Origin: Bispira polyomma
Lineage: Eukaryota
DNA: 64,000 nt
Direction of reading: 5' to 3'
NCBI GenBank assembly: GCA_965649765.1
Contig: OZ287757.1
Coordinates: 55,490,001-55,554,000, forward strand
Positions 13,608-25,262 of the stretch are shown here, piece by piece. Both the position numbers and the translations under genes were made by a program. The first letter of the stretch is position 1. The number at the start of each line of letters is the position of its first letter. The notes under the pieces are model-generated. The model did no database searches. It was not told the DNA's origin and saw only the letters and a program-made list of their open reading frames with translations.

Positions 13608-16600
13608 CATAACTATTCCCTTTTAATACCAGAGGAAGGTAAATCTTCTGTTCCAGAAAGACATCATGTGAAGTTACAAGCAAAATAAAAGAAATATAAG
13701 CTAAACATGTTTTGACTTATCAACTTAATTAGTTCCTTTTTGTATGCTGCACCAGTGTCAGACAGTATGACATGAAATTTTTTGATGAAATAACACAATT
13801 TTACTTGGAATTAAAGTTGCCACTGTCTCATACCATTAGCTTAATCTAGCTAAAGTTAATTTCCTGTGAAAATTTCTACTGATACATTACTTTTGTTAGC
13901 TACCAGAGGTATAATTCCTCTGTACCAGGGGCCTGTACCAATTATAATAGGTGTTACTTTTAACTTAATCTTAAGACTGAACATTTATGTCTAAAATGTT
14001 TAAGACTACCTACTGTTAGTCTTCGTGTAAAGAGGGCACAGTTAAAACCTAACAACAATCTTTCTTACTCTCAACGGACAAACAGCAAAATGCTAATGTC
14101 TTCACACTTTGTGTGATACAACCCAAGACATCCCTAGACAAGACGTTCCATGACATGATCAGTCAAAATACAAGAAATTACTCTATAAATCATGTATGAA
14201 TGAACCAACTTTACTTCTGTTTATTTCTAAAATATGTAAAGGTATGTCCAACACATTGTAAGTATTTTATAAGAGTGACCTATTATGACTTATTGTGACA
14301 TGTTTATATTGTATCTGTATCTCTCTATTATATGTACATATTATTTTTTTATACTTTATTTACTACTTGACAGTGAAATATGTTGTTTTTAAGTACTATA
14401 CAGACCAGGATATAAAATGCGTAGTATCATCCAGCGCCAACAAAAAATACAATATTTACTGATATTACCAGGTTTTAGAGTTATATTTCGAGTTATATTA
14501 ACATAAACCAAAACACAAGCAAACATTGCATCAAATAGAAACTTTAAGAAATACTGTGATACTAAAATCATGATTTTACTACTTTCTAAGTATGTGTTTT
14601 GAGGTAATTGTTTGACATACCAACCTCATACTTCTTAGCTGTGAAGGTTTTATTGTAATGTTATAATGCAAAGTCTTAAAATGTAACTAATGTGTAAATC
14701 TGTGTATGTTTTAGAAATTTAAAACTAAAATAAAAAGTTTTATGAGTGTATCATCAAAATATTTAAAAATAGTGGATAATAAATATAAAACAACCTTTGT
14801 ATATATTATTAAGTTATAGGAGTTAGAGAGATAAAACAATACTATTGTTTTATCTTGTCTAGTTATATAATTTTACAATATATACTATTCGGTTATATCT
14901 AAATGTTCGGGTTATATCTAAATGTACAAAATCAAGATATATTATTTCCTATATTTTTAAAATAAAATATCTGGGAATTATAATTTTTGTTTGTAAATTG
15001 ATGATTTAATATTTCAAAACTTTTTTTGTGACACAAACGTATTATTGAAGATCATGTTCTTATATCACTAACATGAAGGTTATACTTGACAATCCATAAA
15101 TAGTCATAATCTTGCTACATTTTCACACTCATCAGAGTCTGCACATCTAAAACAAAATGAAGTTTCTGTCAAATTGTACTTCCAAATCGGGATGAAAATT
15201 TGGGCTTCATATCCCCACATGCTTGATCTAAATGTCCAAGTCTCTACTTGGCCTAGCCCAGAACAAGCCAGACAAATGTAGACGTATAAGCATTAGTTTT
15301 GGTTTGACTCTGATAAAGATTATTGGCTACACGAAGGAACCCTCAGCAGTAATGCCCCAATAGGGAAACTATATTTAACTTATGGTGATCAATTACCATA
15401 CTTTCCCTGTGGAATTTCACACCATCATCCTGAGGATTGGGCGACATAATTGGACCTTAATGTAACTGGCAGGAGAATAATGTTTGACCCTTTTAAATTC
15501 TCAGTTTTGGTTTGACCATGGTACAGACTAGAATTTCTCCACACTTAATGTATTATGCTTTTAGGGTTTGGCTGGTTCAGTAGCATAAATGTATTAAACA
15601 AGCGTTGCAAATTGTTCTGTGTATTTGTATAAACAACAAATTTTCAATACAACAAATAAAGGTAAAAGTCGAAAATTTGGTTAGGCATGTTATTTATATT
15701 TACAAGGTCGTGAATCTGCGTCCCGGTGATATGTAATATCATACTACCTTTCTAAAATTAAAGGCTGCTTTAAAACAATATTTTATGATAGAGCAGTGCT
15801 TTTCCTGCCAATCGTTGGGTAGATCAGTTGTACACTATTTTTTTTAAATAATTCGACCAGGATTCAATTTGAAGAAAGAAGCAAACTCACAAATTATAGT
15901 GAAACTCCGGGACAGGAGGATATTGTGTATTAAATAAACCTAGTATCACAGCTTGTCTTTGGATGTTCATGTGTAACCTGGAAATAAAGCATAGAATTGA
16001 ATGTTGGACTTATTATTTACCGTCCCTAACATCAATGTCTACCGAACTACACCATCTAATCCCCAGTGAGGATAAATCAATATATAACATAGTTTTACAA
16101 TAATGTTACCCATACAAACATTAATTGTATCCACCGATCCGGTGGATACTTTGGTTTAGCATTCGCTACGACTCCTCTGCCCCTATCGGTGCCACAGGGA
16201 AAACTAGACGAGCTAGCCTCACCAAATTTGCAGGATATCTTCATTGGGAGGTAAGCTTCTCCTCAACTGAAATTAGCCAAATTCATGTTTTTAAAAATTA
16301 TCCACCTTTTTAGATTTTCACCGTTAACACTCTCAGTGGAAAACTAGACCAGCTAGCTTCACCAAATTTGCTGAATATCTTCATTGGGAGGTAAGCTTCT
16401 CTGCGATGGAAATTAGCCTCGTCCTGAAAGACAAGATGGCCGCCATCTGCATTTAAAAAAAATTATCCACCTTTTTCTACTGGCTGGTTCTTGTAACTAA
16501 AAGGTTAAATCTCTTCATAGGTGATAGGTATAACATGTATATATGTCCTATACAAGCATGCAGGCCCAAGGCCCATATTATAATATAATTTGTACAAGAT

Positions 16601-16739
16601 AAAACAGCATCACACAAAAACATGATAAATATGTACACTAGTAAAAAGGTTCTGTATGAAAGGCTTTAAAATATATGACATACAAGATAAAAGACATATC
16701 TGATCAAAATATATCAGCTTGATGTATATAAGGCTTTTT

Positions 16740-17875
16740 GCCAGGATTTACTTATTGTGCCACTTTTCAAATAAAAATTATCGCACAAGGCCTTCACAAT
16801 ATTGTTATTGGATGTTTCTATGCACACTTTGAAATTGTATATACTTTTGCTCAGAATAACACGCAAGCAATCTACATCATTGTTTACAAATGTTACGGTC
16901 ACGGGAGCAAGCGCGGTAGCAATTACCAGTTGCTTTGAGGTTGTAACAGGAAAAGACAAAAAATTTCACTTAACAAATTTATTTAACAAATAAAATAACA
17001 ATTACAGAATTACAGTCAACTGAGATACCCTTAATAGTTCACACAATAATACAATAATTAAACCAATCTGACCTGACCACAGTCCTGTCCACATAAGTAA
17101 CAATAAAACAAGTTTGTCCACTGTATCCAGCAATCTGTCTTGAGATCCGCTCAATGTCCACACAATGCCTGTATCCTGTTATCTGTTCAGTGTCCACGAA
17201 CACAAAATGTATATATCCAGAGAGTCTGCACAACTAAGCTATCCAGTCCAGGATGCAAACAATATCCAATATGCAATAAATCCAATCTCTGGTAGATTCA
17301 CAACTTTTGTCTAGTTCACTCCAATGAGTTCACCATAAAAACATATGTAGTAATCAGTTTATATCCCCAAAGAAATGTATAGCAGTTCATATAGCAATTC
17401 ATATGGCACCTCTGCTCAATTACTCTCTGGTCTGTGGCCAGGCTGTCAACCCTTATATATACAACTGCTAGAGAAGGCTCTAGAATATGTAAGCAATTGC
17501 TAGGACATTCCAGAGATGAGATACACATATGATTACAACTTCAATAACCTTCAGAAACAAAATAGAACCGGTTTCTAGAAGCCTAGGGGTTTCCCCAAAT
17601 CTATAAATAGATCACTCCAGCAGAGTGCCCCAACATGCCACAATGTCCTCATATGTAACAACAAACATATGGCTGGCACTGTCTCTGTATCCATATCCCA
17701 GTAACCTACGAACAACATTGTTGTTTGCTACTCGAATTTTGTTAAAACTTGCTATGTTGTAACTTGTCCAAAGAGGACAGCAATAAAAATTAGTACAATA
17801 AGCCTGCAGTAATTCAATTTTGACATGGGTGGAGCACTGACTAAATTTTCTGAGAAGTGTGTTTCCACGAGCATA
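16740..17875 (-). mobile_element. 3' part of a non-LTR retrotransposon ORF2, split by the solo LTR
   Basis: YARGNTLLRKFSQCS...SASHMFV continues as NNDVDCLRVILSKSIYNF after the LTR is removed. Confidence 0.7.
16891..17660 (-). mobile_element. Solo LTR, copy 1
   Basis: TGTTAC...GTAACA termini; 5-bp TSD ACAAA; TATA-like and AATAAA on the - strand; highly similar to 57605-58396. Confidence 0.85.
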
Positions 17876-18520
17876 GGAAATCATGGGCTAGGAATCTTCT
17901 GATGTGGTCAGGTTTGACCTTGGATCCCTCATTCAAGGTTAAACAATGTATCCAAACTTAAAAGTGCTTATAACTCGTTTATTATTGGTTCTAGAGGTTT
18001 GGCATGTGAAGCCTACCTATAGGAAATCATGGGCTGGAAATCTTTTGATATGGTCAAGTTTGACTTTTGGTCCCTTATTCAAGGTCAAACAAGGTATCCA
18101 CACTTAAAATTGCTTATAACTTGCTTATTATTGGTCCTAGAGGTTTGCATTGTGAAACCAACTTATAGGTAATCATGGGCTGCGAATCTTCTGATGTGGT
18201 CAGATTTGACCTTTGGCCTCTCCATCAAGGTCAGACGAGGGTAGTTAAACTTAAAAGTGCTTATAACTTGCTTATTATTGGTCCTATAGTTTTGAGACGT
18301 AAAAGCAACCTTTAGAAAACATGGGTTGGGAGTCTTCTGATGTGGTCAGGTTTGACCTTGGGCCCCTCTTTCAAGGTCAAATGACAATAGCCAAACTTAA
18401 AAGTGCTTATTATCGGTCCTACAGGTTTCCAATGTGAAACCAACTTATAGGTAATCATGGGCTGAGAATCTTCTGATGTGGTCACATTTGACCTTGGGCC
18501 CCTCCTTCAAGATCAGACGA
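17876..18520. repeat. ~146-bp tandem repeat, about 4.5 units
   Basis: ATCATGGGCT...TGATGTGGTCAGGTTTGACCTTGG...CAAGGTCA recurs at ~17880, 18027, 18172, 18320 and 18454. Confidence 0.9.
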
Positions 18521-19574
18521 GAGTAGTAATAGTTTGGGTGCTTCCTACCTAGCGTGCTCTGTGTTTGTGGTGGATACAAATATGCATCAGTTTTTCGATG
18601 TGCTCGGTCTAGTTAAATACTGCCCTTATATAGCTTGTAATGGATAATGTAGTAGAAAATGTAATCTGTCAAAAAAATGACAGAATCTAACATTTTGTTT
18701 CCTAAGTTCCATGTTTTGTTCTTCCCATACCACTTGTATAGAAGGAAAAGGCTGAAGAAAAACGATTTTGATTAAGATTTTTGGAATTTTATTTTGTTAA
18801 ATGTTAAAACACATACATAAGTATATTTTCACATCTAAGCATTAGTTACTTTACACATCAGCGACATAGTTATTTAACCTATCAGATGTAATTACAAGTA
18901 TCAGTCTATGTAACATGTAACTTTTGAGTAATGTTACTATTATTTTTACGAACTATGTTATTACTACTACCTTGTTATATTTACACATTGAAGCTGTACA
19001 AAGAGTATGATTTTGACATGAGTTAAGGTTGGACGTATCCTGACCTCACAAACTTTTACATATACCAGGGTTTCACAGCTACTAGCTGAGTTTATTACAT
19101 TGCCCATGGACTTAACACAAATTCTTGAACTTGAATGTTACCACAAGCTAGCAATAACTAACTGACAATATGAACGAGAAGGTTAAATGAGACATATAAA
19201 ACTGTAGATGATTGGCCATGTTAGGCTAAGTTATTTTATTTTGGAGTGGAGGGCTGGAGCAATTTGTTCCCGCGCTCTCAGTGTGTACTTCACAAACACA
19301 GAGCAAAGGAACCTAGGTTCATTACACATGAGTGATTTTTGTTCAACTCCCAAACTAGGCTAGAATTTATTCAAATTGATTCAAATTAGCTTACTGATAT
19401 GCAGTAGACACACTGCCAACCTATTTTAAAACTTGTATTATATGATACACTTTATACAGTATTGACTAGTACCTTTTCATACCACACTATAGACCTCCAC
19501 ATAAGGCCAGACTTTGTTGAGTGTGATATTTATTACTATCCCTGAAACTAAACTGTTGGGCTATGCTGCCTTGC

Positions 19575-19826
19575 ATTTGAATTTGGATATTTAACGTCCA
19601 CTCTAGTACCTTTTAGTAGGTTATATTGGGACGGTTAGTTGGAAACGCTGGAGGAAACACTGCATACAGTCGGTCAAGGCTCTGCAGAGAAACCAGCGGC
19701 CCACAGTAAGGAACTACCACCTTTCCCACATAGGCATTGACGGGATTCGAACTCACGCCGCCCAGAGGTGAGAGACCAGTGATTGTGAAGCATAATGCTT
19801 GCTAACCACTAGGCCACTGTGGCCCC
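19575..19826 (-). mobile_element. tRNA-derived SINE, copy 2
   Basis: Reverse complement of copy 1; CTGCCTTGC occurs on both sides (19566, 19833). Confidence 0.9.
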
Positions 19827-19830
19827 TGTT

Positions 19831-20474
19831 TACTGCCTTGCGAGGGATTATCGGTAGGTTTGGCTGTAAAGTGCTTGTATTTTGAAAACGAAGCATTAAA
19901 AAACCCTAAAATTCAACACATTAATGAACGAGACCTGAAGATATATTATGCTGTTATTTGTTTGAAGTTTTTTTAGGTAAAAAGACAATATATAAGGGTA
20001 AAATATTTGTTTATCGCTCACTTCTCCCGTTTGTAAACAATAAACATTATACGGAACGGAAAAGACCAGCCACGTGTATGTGAGCGACAATGAAATTTTT
20101 TTATGCAAATTAGGTCGGCTATCATCGTAGAGAGCACCGGGAAGTACCAACTTCCAAATATGGAATAAATGACTCAGGCAAAAGCGCCAACGATGGAAAT
20201 GAATAGCCACGTATATGAACAAGTTATTAGTACTTATTACTACTTTAATTATTATGTTAAATGTAAGCATACTTTATGAAATCGGTTGGTATTCCTTTAA
20301 AAGTTGTCTTTAGGGTAATACATTGATATGTCGCCAATACGGCCCGTTTCACACTTTCACACTTCAGTTTTTAATTTTCATCTATCTTCGGTTCAAAACA
20401 TAACCTTAACACTGTAAGTAAACTTCCGTGATGCTGATAATGTCTGCTTGCCGATAATACCTTGCAAGGCAGTA
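19831..20474. mobile_element. MITE with TA-flanked TIRs
   Basis: TACTGCCTTGCGAGGGATTATCGG ... CCGATAATACCTTGCAAGGCAGTA; the right end recurs at ~54107-54161. Confidence 0.7.
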
Positions 20475-20525
20475 TAGCACACACAGTACCCTAAATACTT
20501 TCACAGGAGGAAAAGACCTAAAGTA

Positions 20526-23500
20526 GGGGTTCCACATTCAGAATTTAGTTCGCGATGTTCCCGACTTTGAGGTCCACGTACGGGAAGGTCGGGGAGCAAA
20601 AACGGGGTGGTCGGGAAGGTTGGGAAGAATATCAAAAAAGTTAGATATTTTGAAAATGGTCTAGACTTTTGGTCCCGGACCTCAAAGTCGGGACCATCAA
20701 TACAGTCGATCCAATTGCCAATATGTTCTGTCCGATAGGTTGGGGCGCACTGCCGGCCTGTCCTATTGCCGGCCTGACCTCTCCTATTGGGACCCGCCCC
20801 TTTTTCAATATGACAGGCCGGGCTGCCAATCCGATTGAACTTATTTGACTCCTGACTTGACGTATTACTCCCCGATCATACTTTTTGTCACCCCGGCAGA
20901 ACTTGGTGTGATTACGTTTTTTTACACCGATCGAACTTAACACAGCAGGACAGAACGTATTGGCTATCAGATCTGCTGGGAGAGGTAAAAGATCGAACAG
21001 GGGGAGGATAGGACAGAACTTAGCAGTAGGATCTGACGTATTCAGTACCGACCAATAGGATCAAACTTATGGAGTACGGGGTGTTTGGGTATAAAAACTT
21101 CCCGTCAGTACTGGACTCGTTGTATTTGGAGATTGCTGACTGGCACTTGAAGTTGTGTTTTTTGTGCAGGGGTTTTTATTGTTTTTAATTATATGTACTG
21201 AGTTTAGGGACGATTTTACAGCTTAGGTTCTTTTTTATTATAACACAACATTAAAGATGCCTAGATTGAGGAGAGTCAAGAGGAAGATTGTGGAGGAGAG
21301 AGAGAAGGAGTTTGAAGTGGGATAAATAATTACAGACAATAATGGCAAGAAATTATTTTAGAAGGGTAGACAGTACAAAGTCTGTCCCAAATAACCCAAG
21401 AAGTACCAAATTGACATACAAATTCCCCAGGCTGTAATGCACTGTGTGTGTTTTTTTTTTGGAATAAAACCCACAAATAATTTTGAGGAAAAGGAATTGA
21501 GAATCTTTTTCTTAAACTTTAACTTTTTGTAGACAAAATAAATAACCCCTTGAGATAAAAAATCTTCCAAATCAGTGGTCACACAACTTTTTTTGATTTT
21601 AACCCTTTTTTGCCCAAAACAAGTGGCACCAAGGGTTTTCATTATGTCTGTGTTTAGGGCTTTTAACAGTTTCAATGGTTTGTGGGGGACTGGTTAAGTT
21701 GTATGTATGTAGGGTCCTGGGTATTACATTTAGTGATTGTTATTGGTAATGGGTTGGGGGTGGGGGTGTAACAAACAGCTCAAACATTGTTCTTGAAATA
21801 TTTGGATGGTCCTGAAAAAGACCTTTTAAATTTTCTGCTACTGCAAGACCTCTGGGTTGGCTTTTCATCTGGCTCAGGTGGTTAGGCTCAGGCTCAGGCT
21901 CAGGTTAAACTCTTTCCTCTTGCCACGGGACTGCCCCCTCATTCATAAAAAATCCATTAACACATCCCTCTGTTCTTTGGCCGCCCTGGATGGATTTCTG
22001 TGGGTGGTTGGTCGATCTCCTACCAACTGCACCTTGGGTTCAGGTGGATCATCTTGTGGGTTGGGGTGCTCTAGTGCTGGGTTTCCACACCGGCTTCTCA
22101 GTATGTTATATAATATCACACATATCCTGTAGTTACAGATTTTCTGTGCATGGGTGAGTTCCTTCCTTGAGTAGGGTTTCATCATCCACGTTTTCAGGGC
22201 ACAGCCATCGTCCCCCAGCAGGAAGTATTCCACGTCACTTCGAGACCCCTCAAACAGTAGTGCAGGTCTCGGCAGCCCATTGGAACCATCTTCAATCTTC
22301 TGCTTGAGCTCTGAGAGGTTAAAAGTTTGGGCGTCGAAACAGGAACCACTACAGCCAATGTCCACCCAAATAAATCTGTAGTCCGCATCAACCAGGGCAA
22401 ACTGGATAATGGAGTGGAAGCCTTTGTACTTGTAAAATTCGCTCCCAGCCTTGGGAGGCTTCTTGATGGCCACGTGCTTCCCATCAATAGATCCAACAGC
22501 ATGAGGGATATTCCACCTTTTCCTGTACACTTCTTCTATTTTCAGCCAGTCTGCGGGGGTGGTTGGGCAGGCTAGATATTCTGTCTCATATTCCCTAATG
22601 ATGGCCTTGCATACTTCTGGTATAAACTTGATGATAGATGATTTCCCCACCCTGAACTGGTAGGACAGGGACCTGTAGCTCTCCCCAGTGGCCAGGTGCC
22701 TCAAAGTTACAGCCAGTTTCAGTCCAACATCCAAGGGCTTCTGAACCAAGTTGTTTCTTTTTTCACATGGGGTGTTATCCTATCCTTGATTTCATTAAAT
22801 ATATCAGGTGGCAGCCTGAAAAAATTCCTGTATAAGGCTGCATCCCCTTCCTGTAGCTCCGGCACTAAGTTTGTGTAGTAGCCTAGGGCCTCTCCCTGAC
22901 TGATCCAAGGCTTGACCCAGCAGATTGGTGATATATGTGGAAGTCTAATCCTCTCCGGGGGAGCCTGAGGGGCACGTGGTGGTGTTGGGTTCAAATCCTG
23001 CTGAGCCTGAGCCTCGGCCTTGTCTTTCTCATGTTGTAATATAAGCATGAGGATACATATTTCAATCTCAAAAAAAACTAAAAATGTCCCTAGTCTCCTC
23101 AAAAAATCTTTATCACTTCTTCCTGGCATTTTACTCAATTACTCAATCATTAATGACCTGATTACTCAAAAAATCATAAGTTTTAGGGCTCAAAAAGAGG
23201 TAGTTATAGGGTCTGGAAGCACTCTCGCACTCCGACCAATACGTCAGACCCTATAGTCAACACGTTTGATCCTAAGCCAATACGTTCGATCCTATTGTCA
23301 ATAAGTTCGATCCTATCAAGGTCGGGAAGGTCGGGGGTCAATGGAGTTCAAAGTCGTACGGCCTTTACGTACGATCGGGGTCGTGGGCCAATCAAAACAG
23401 CGCGCAATCAGTTCGCTCGGGAAGGTCGGGGCACATTTTCATTTTCCCGCCCAAAAAGTGGATTTTATTGATTTTTTGGTCCTGACCTTCCCGACTTTAA

Positions 23501-23542
23501 AGTCGTGGTCTTTTTGTTGATCAAACTTGTATGTGGAACCCC
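20526..23542 (-). mobile_element. PIF/Harbinger DNA transposon, defective
   Basis: Terminal inverted repeats (TIRs) GGGGTTCCACAT (20526) and ATGTGGAACCCC (23531). Subterminal repeats GTCGGGAAGG and CAATACGTTCGATCCTAT. Transposase on the - strand. Confidence 0.88.
21943..23138 (-). pseudogene. Harbinger (HARBI1-like) DDE transposase, frameshifted and internally deleted
   Basis: YRNFFRL, KLAVTLRHLATGESY, GSIDGKHV, LLGDDG. Frameshift near 22740. The usual 'R..VE.AFG' segment is missing after NYRI. Confidence 0.9.
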
Positions 23543-23554
23543 CCTTAAGTGTAA

Positions 23555-23815
23555 AGATTTTGATTAACATGTTTGGAATTTTATTTTGTTAAAATATTAA
23601 AACACATACATCAGTATTTTCTACGCATCTAGTTAGTTATATTACATATCAGTTACTTTACCCATCAAATGCATAGTTAGTTTACCCATCAGATGTGATT
23701 ACAAGTATCAGTCTATGTAACATCCAGCTTTTGAGTAATAATACTATATATTACTATTACCTTTAAGAACTATGTTTAAGAACTAGTTATCTTGTTATAT
23801 TTAGACATTGAAGGT
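23555..23815. repeat. Dispersed duplicate of ~18763-18993
   Basis: GATTTTGATTAA...TTACAAGTATCAGTCTATGTAACAT...TTGTTATATTTA(C/G)ACATTGAAG shared. Confidence 0.8.
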
Positions 23816-24289
23816 TGTTCGCTACCATTCTTTTTACACCACAGATTTTCAAAAAATAATTTTATGAAAAGCTTGATAAATGTGTTTAACAAAAATATAA
23901 AAAAAACTATGTCACGCCAGGCTCTTTTGAAACCTACAGAGCTTTATATATGGTATATATTTCCATTTATTAGCCTATTGTCTTCAATGGAAAAGCTTGT
24001 TTTGGGAAGAAAAAAGTCCATACAAAGGAACTCAACATATCAGCAAGGAATCTCGCTAAATAGGGACAGATTATTGGATCTATGCATTGTGGTAAAGTCC
24101 AATAAAGAAATTGAATTGTAATTGCTGATTGTAATTATGACTTTATGCTGTCTATATAAATCAAATCCTACAGTGTCGTAGCCTACAAGTCAAGATACTT
24201 GTAAAGTTAAAAACTTTTTTCCATGTTGTGTTCCTGCGTATTATGTTCCAATCTCAAGTTGGGCTAGTTTTCAATCTTAATCCATTCGG

Positions 24290-24436
24290 GATGACCAATA
24301 CGTCAGATCCTATAGTCAATATGTTCGATCCTAAGCCAATACGTTCAATCCTATCGTCAATAAGTTTGATCCTATCAAGGTCGGGGGTCAATGGAGTTCA
24401 AAGTCGTATGGCCTTTACGTACGATCGGGGTCGCGA
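24290..24436. mobile_element. Fragment of the Harbinger subterminal repeat region
   Basis: Near copy of ~23235-23385. Confidence 0.75.
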
Positions 24437-25084
24437 ACTTATAATCCTAAGTTGGGCTATAGCTCATCTTAAGGTTGGCCAAATTGTAAGTTGGGCTACA
24501 ACATTTACAATAACAAAAATAATCAGCCATTGAATACAATATGCTATATATAAATAAGTAGTAAAATTATTTAAAATACATGTGTTTTTTCCATTTTTTC
24601 CTTTCTTCCCTCACCTCTCTTTACATACAATATTATGTATAATACTGAATTGGCAATATTGTCCCATACTTGGCATAACATATAAAATGCAAGCAATGAA
24701 AAGTTCAAACTGTCACTTGGCCACAAATAGGATCATAGTTTGATCGCTGGGTTTAGCCCAATCACAGAAAGAATAATAAACATAATAAATATTTCTATAC
24801 ATACAATGGCCATAATTTTTGGTGGAATCATAAATAAATGCCACACCTATTAGTTCAGCCACTAACATTTAAAAAATGTTAAAAAGTTAGAGGTTCAAGG
24901 TCCAAAATATGCCTAAATTAGGATCATCATTTGATAAACGCTTCTATTCAGAAGGTAGTATATCTTTTGCCAGAAGGGAAAGGGGGAATAATATTTTTAG
25001 AAATTCACTGTTTTTCTTGCTTCCAATGAGAATGAATTCAGTTTAGTCAGGATTTAATTTCAATTTGGAGTAGTTTATCTATGC

Positions 25085-25262
25085 CTAGACAGAGGACAGG
25101 CAGTCCATGAATAGATCAATATATTTATTTGCATTTTGAGTGTTGAGAGAGATAGACTTGAATGTCATTAGTATACATGTGATGTTTTATATTATGAATA
25201 TTGATGACAGTGCTGAGAGGATGTGTATAGAGGGTGAAAAGTAGGAGCCCAAGGGCAGCTGC
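25085..25262 (-). mobile_element. Short LINE RT fragment
   Basis: LGLLLFTLYTHPLS...HMYTNDIQVY; similar to 55950-56120. Confidence 0.6.

Larger units (their letters stand above)
16125..18612 (+). mobile_element. Non-autonomous Helentron-type (HINE/DINE-1-like) element
   Basis: 5' TTGTATCCACC followed by its local inverted copy GGTGGATAC; 3' GGTGGATACAA (18569-18579), then a short stem-loop and CTAG; internal tandem array. Confidence 0.65.
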
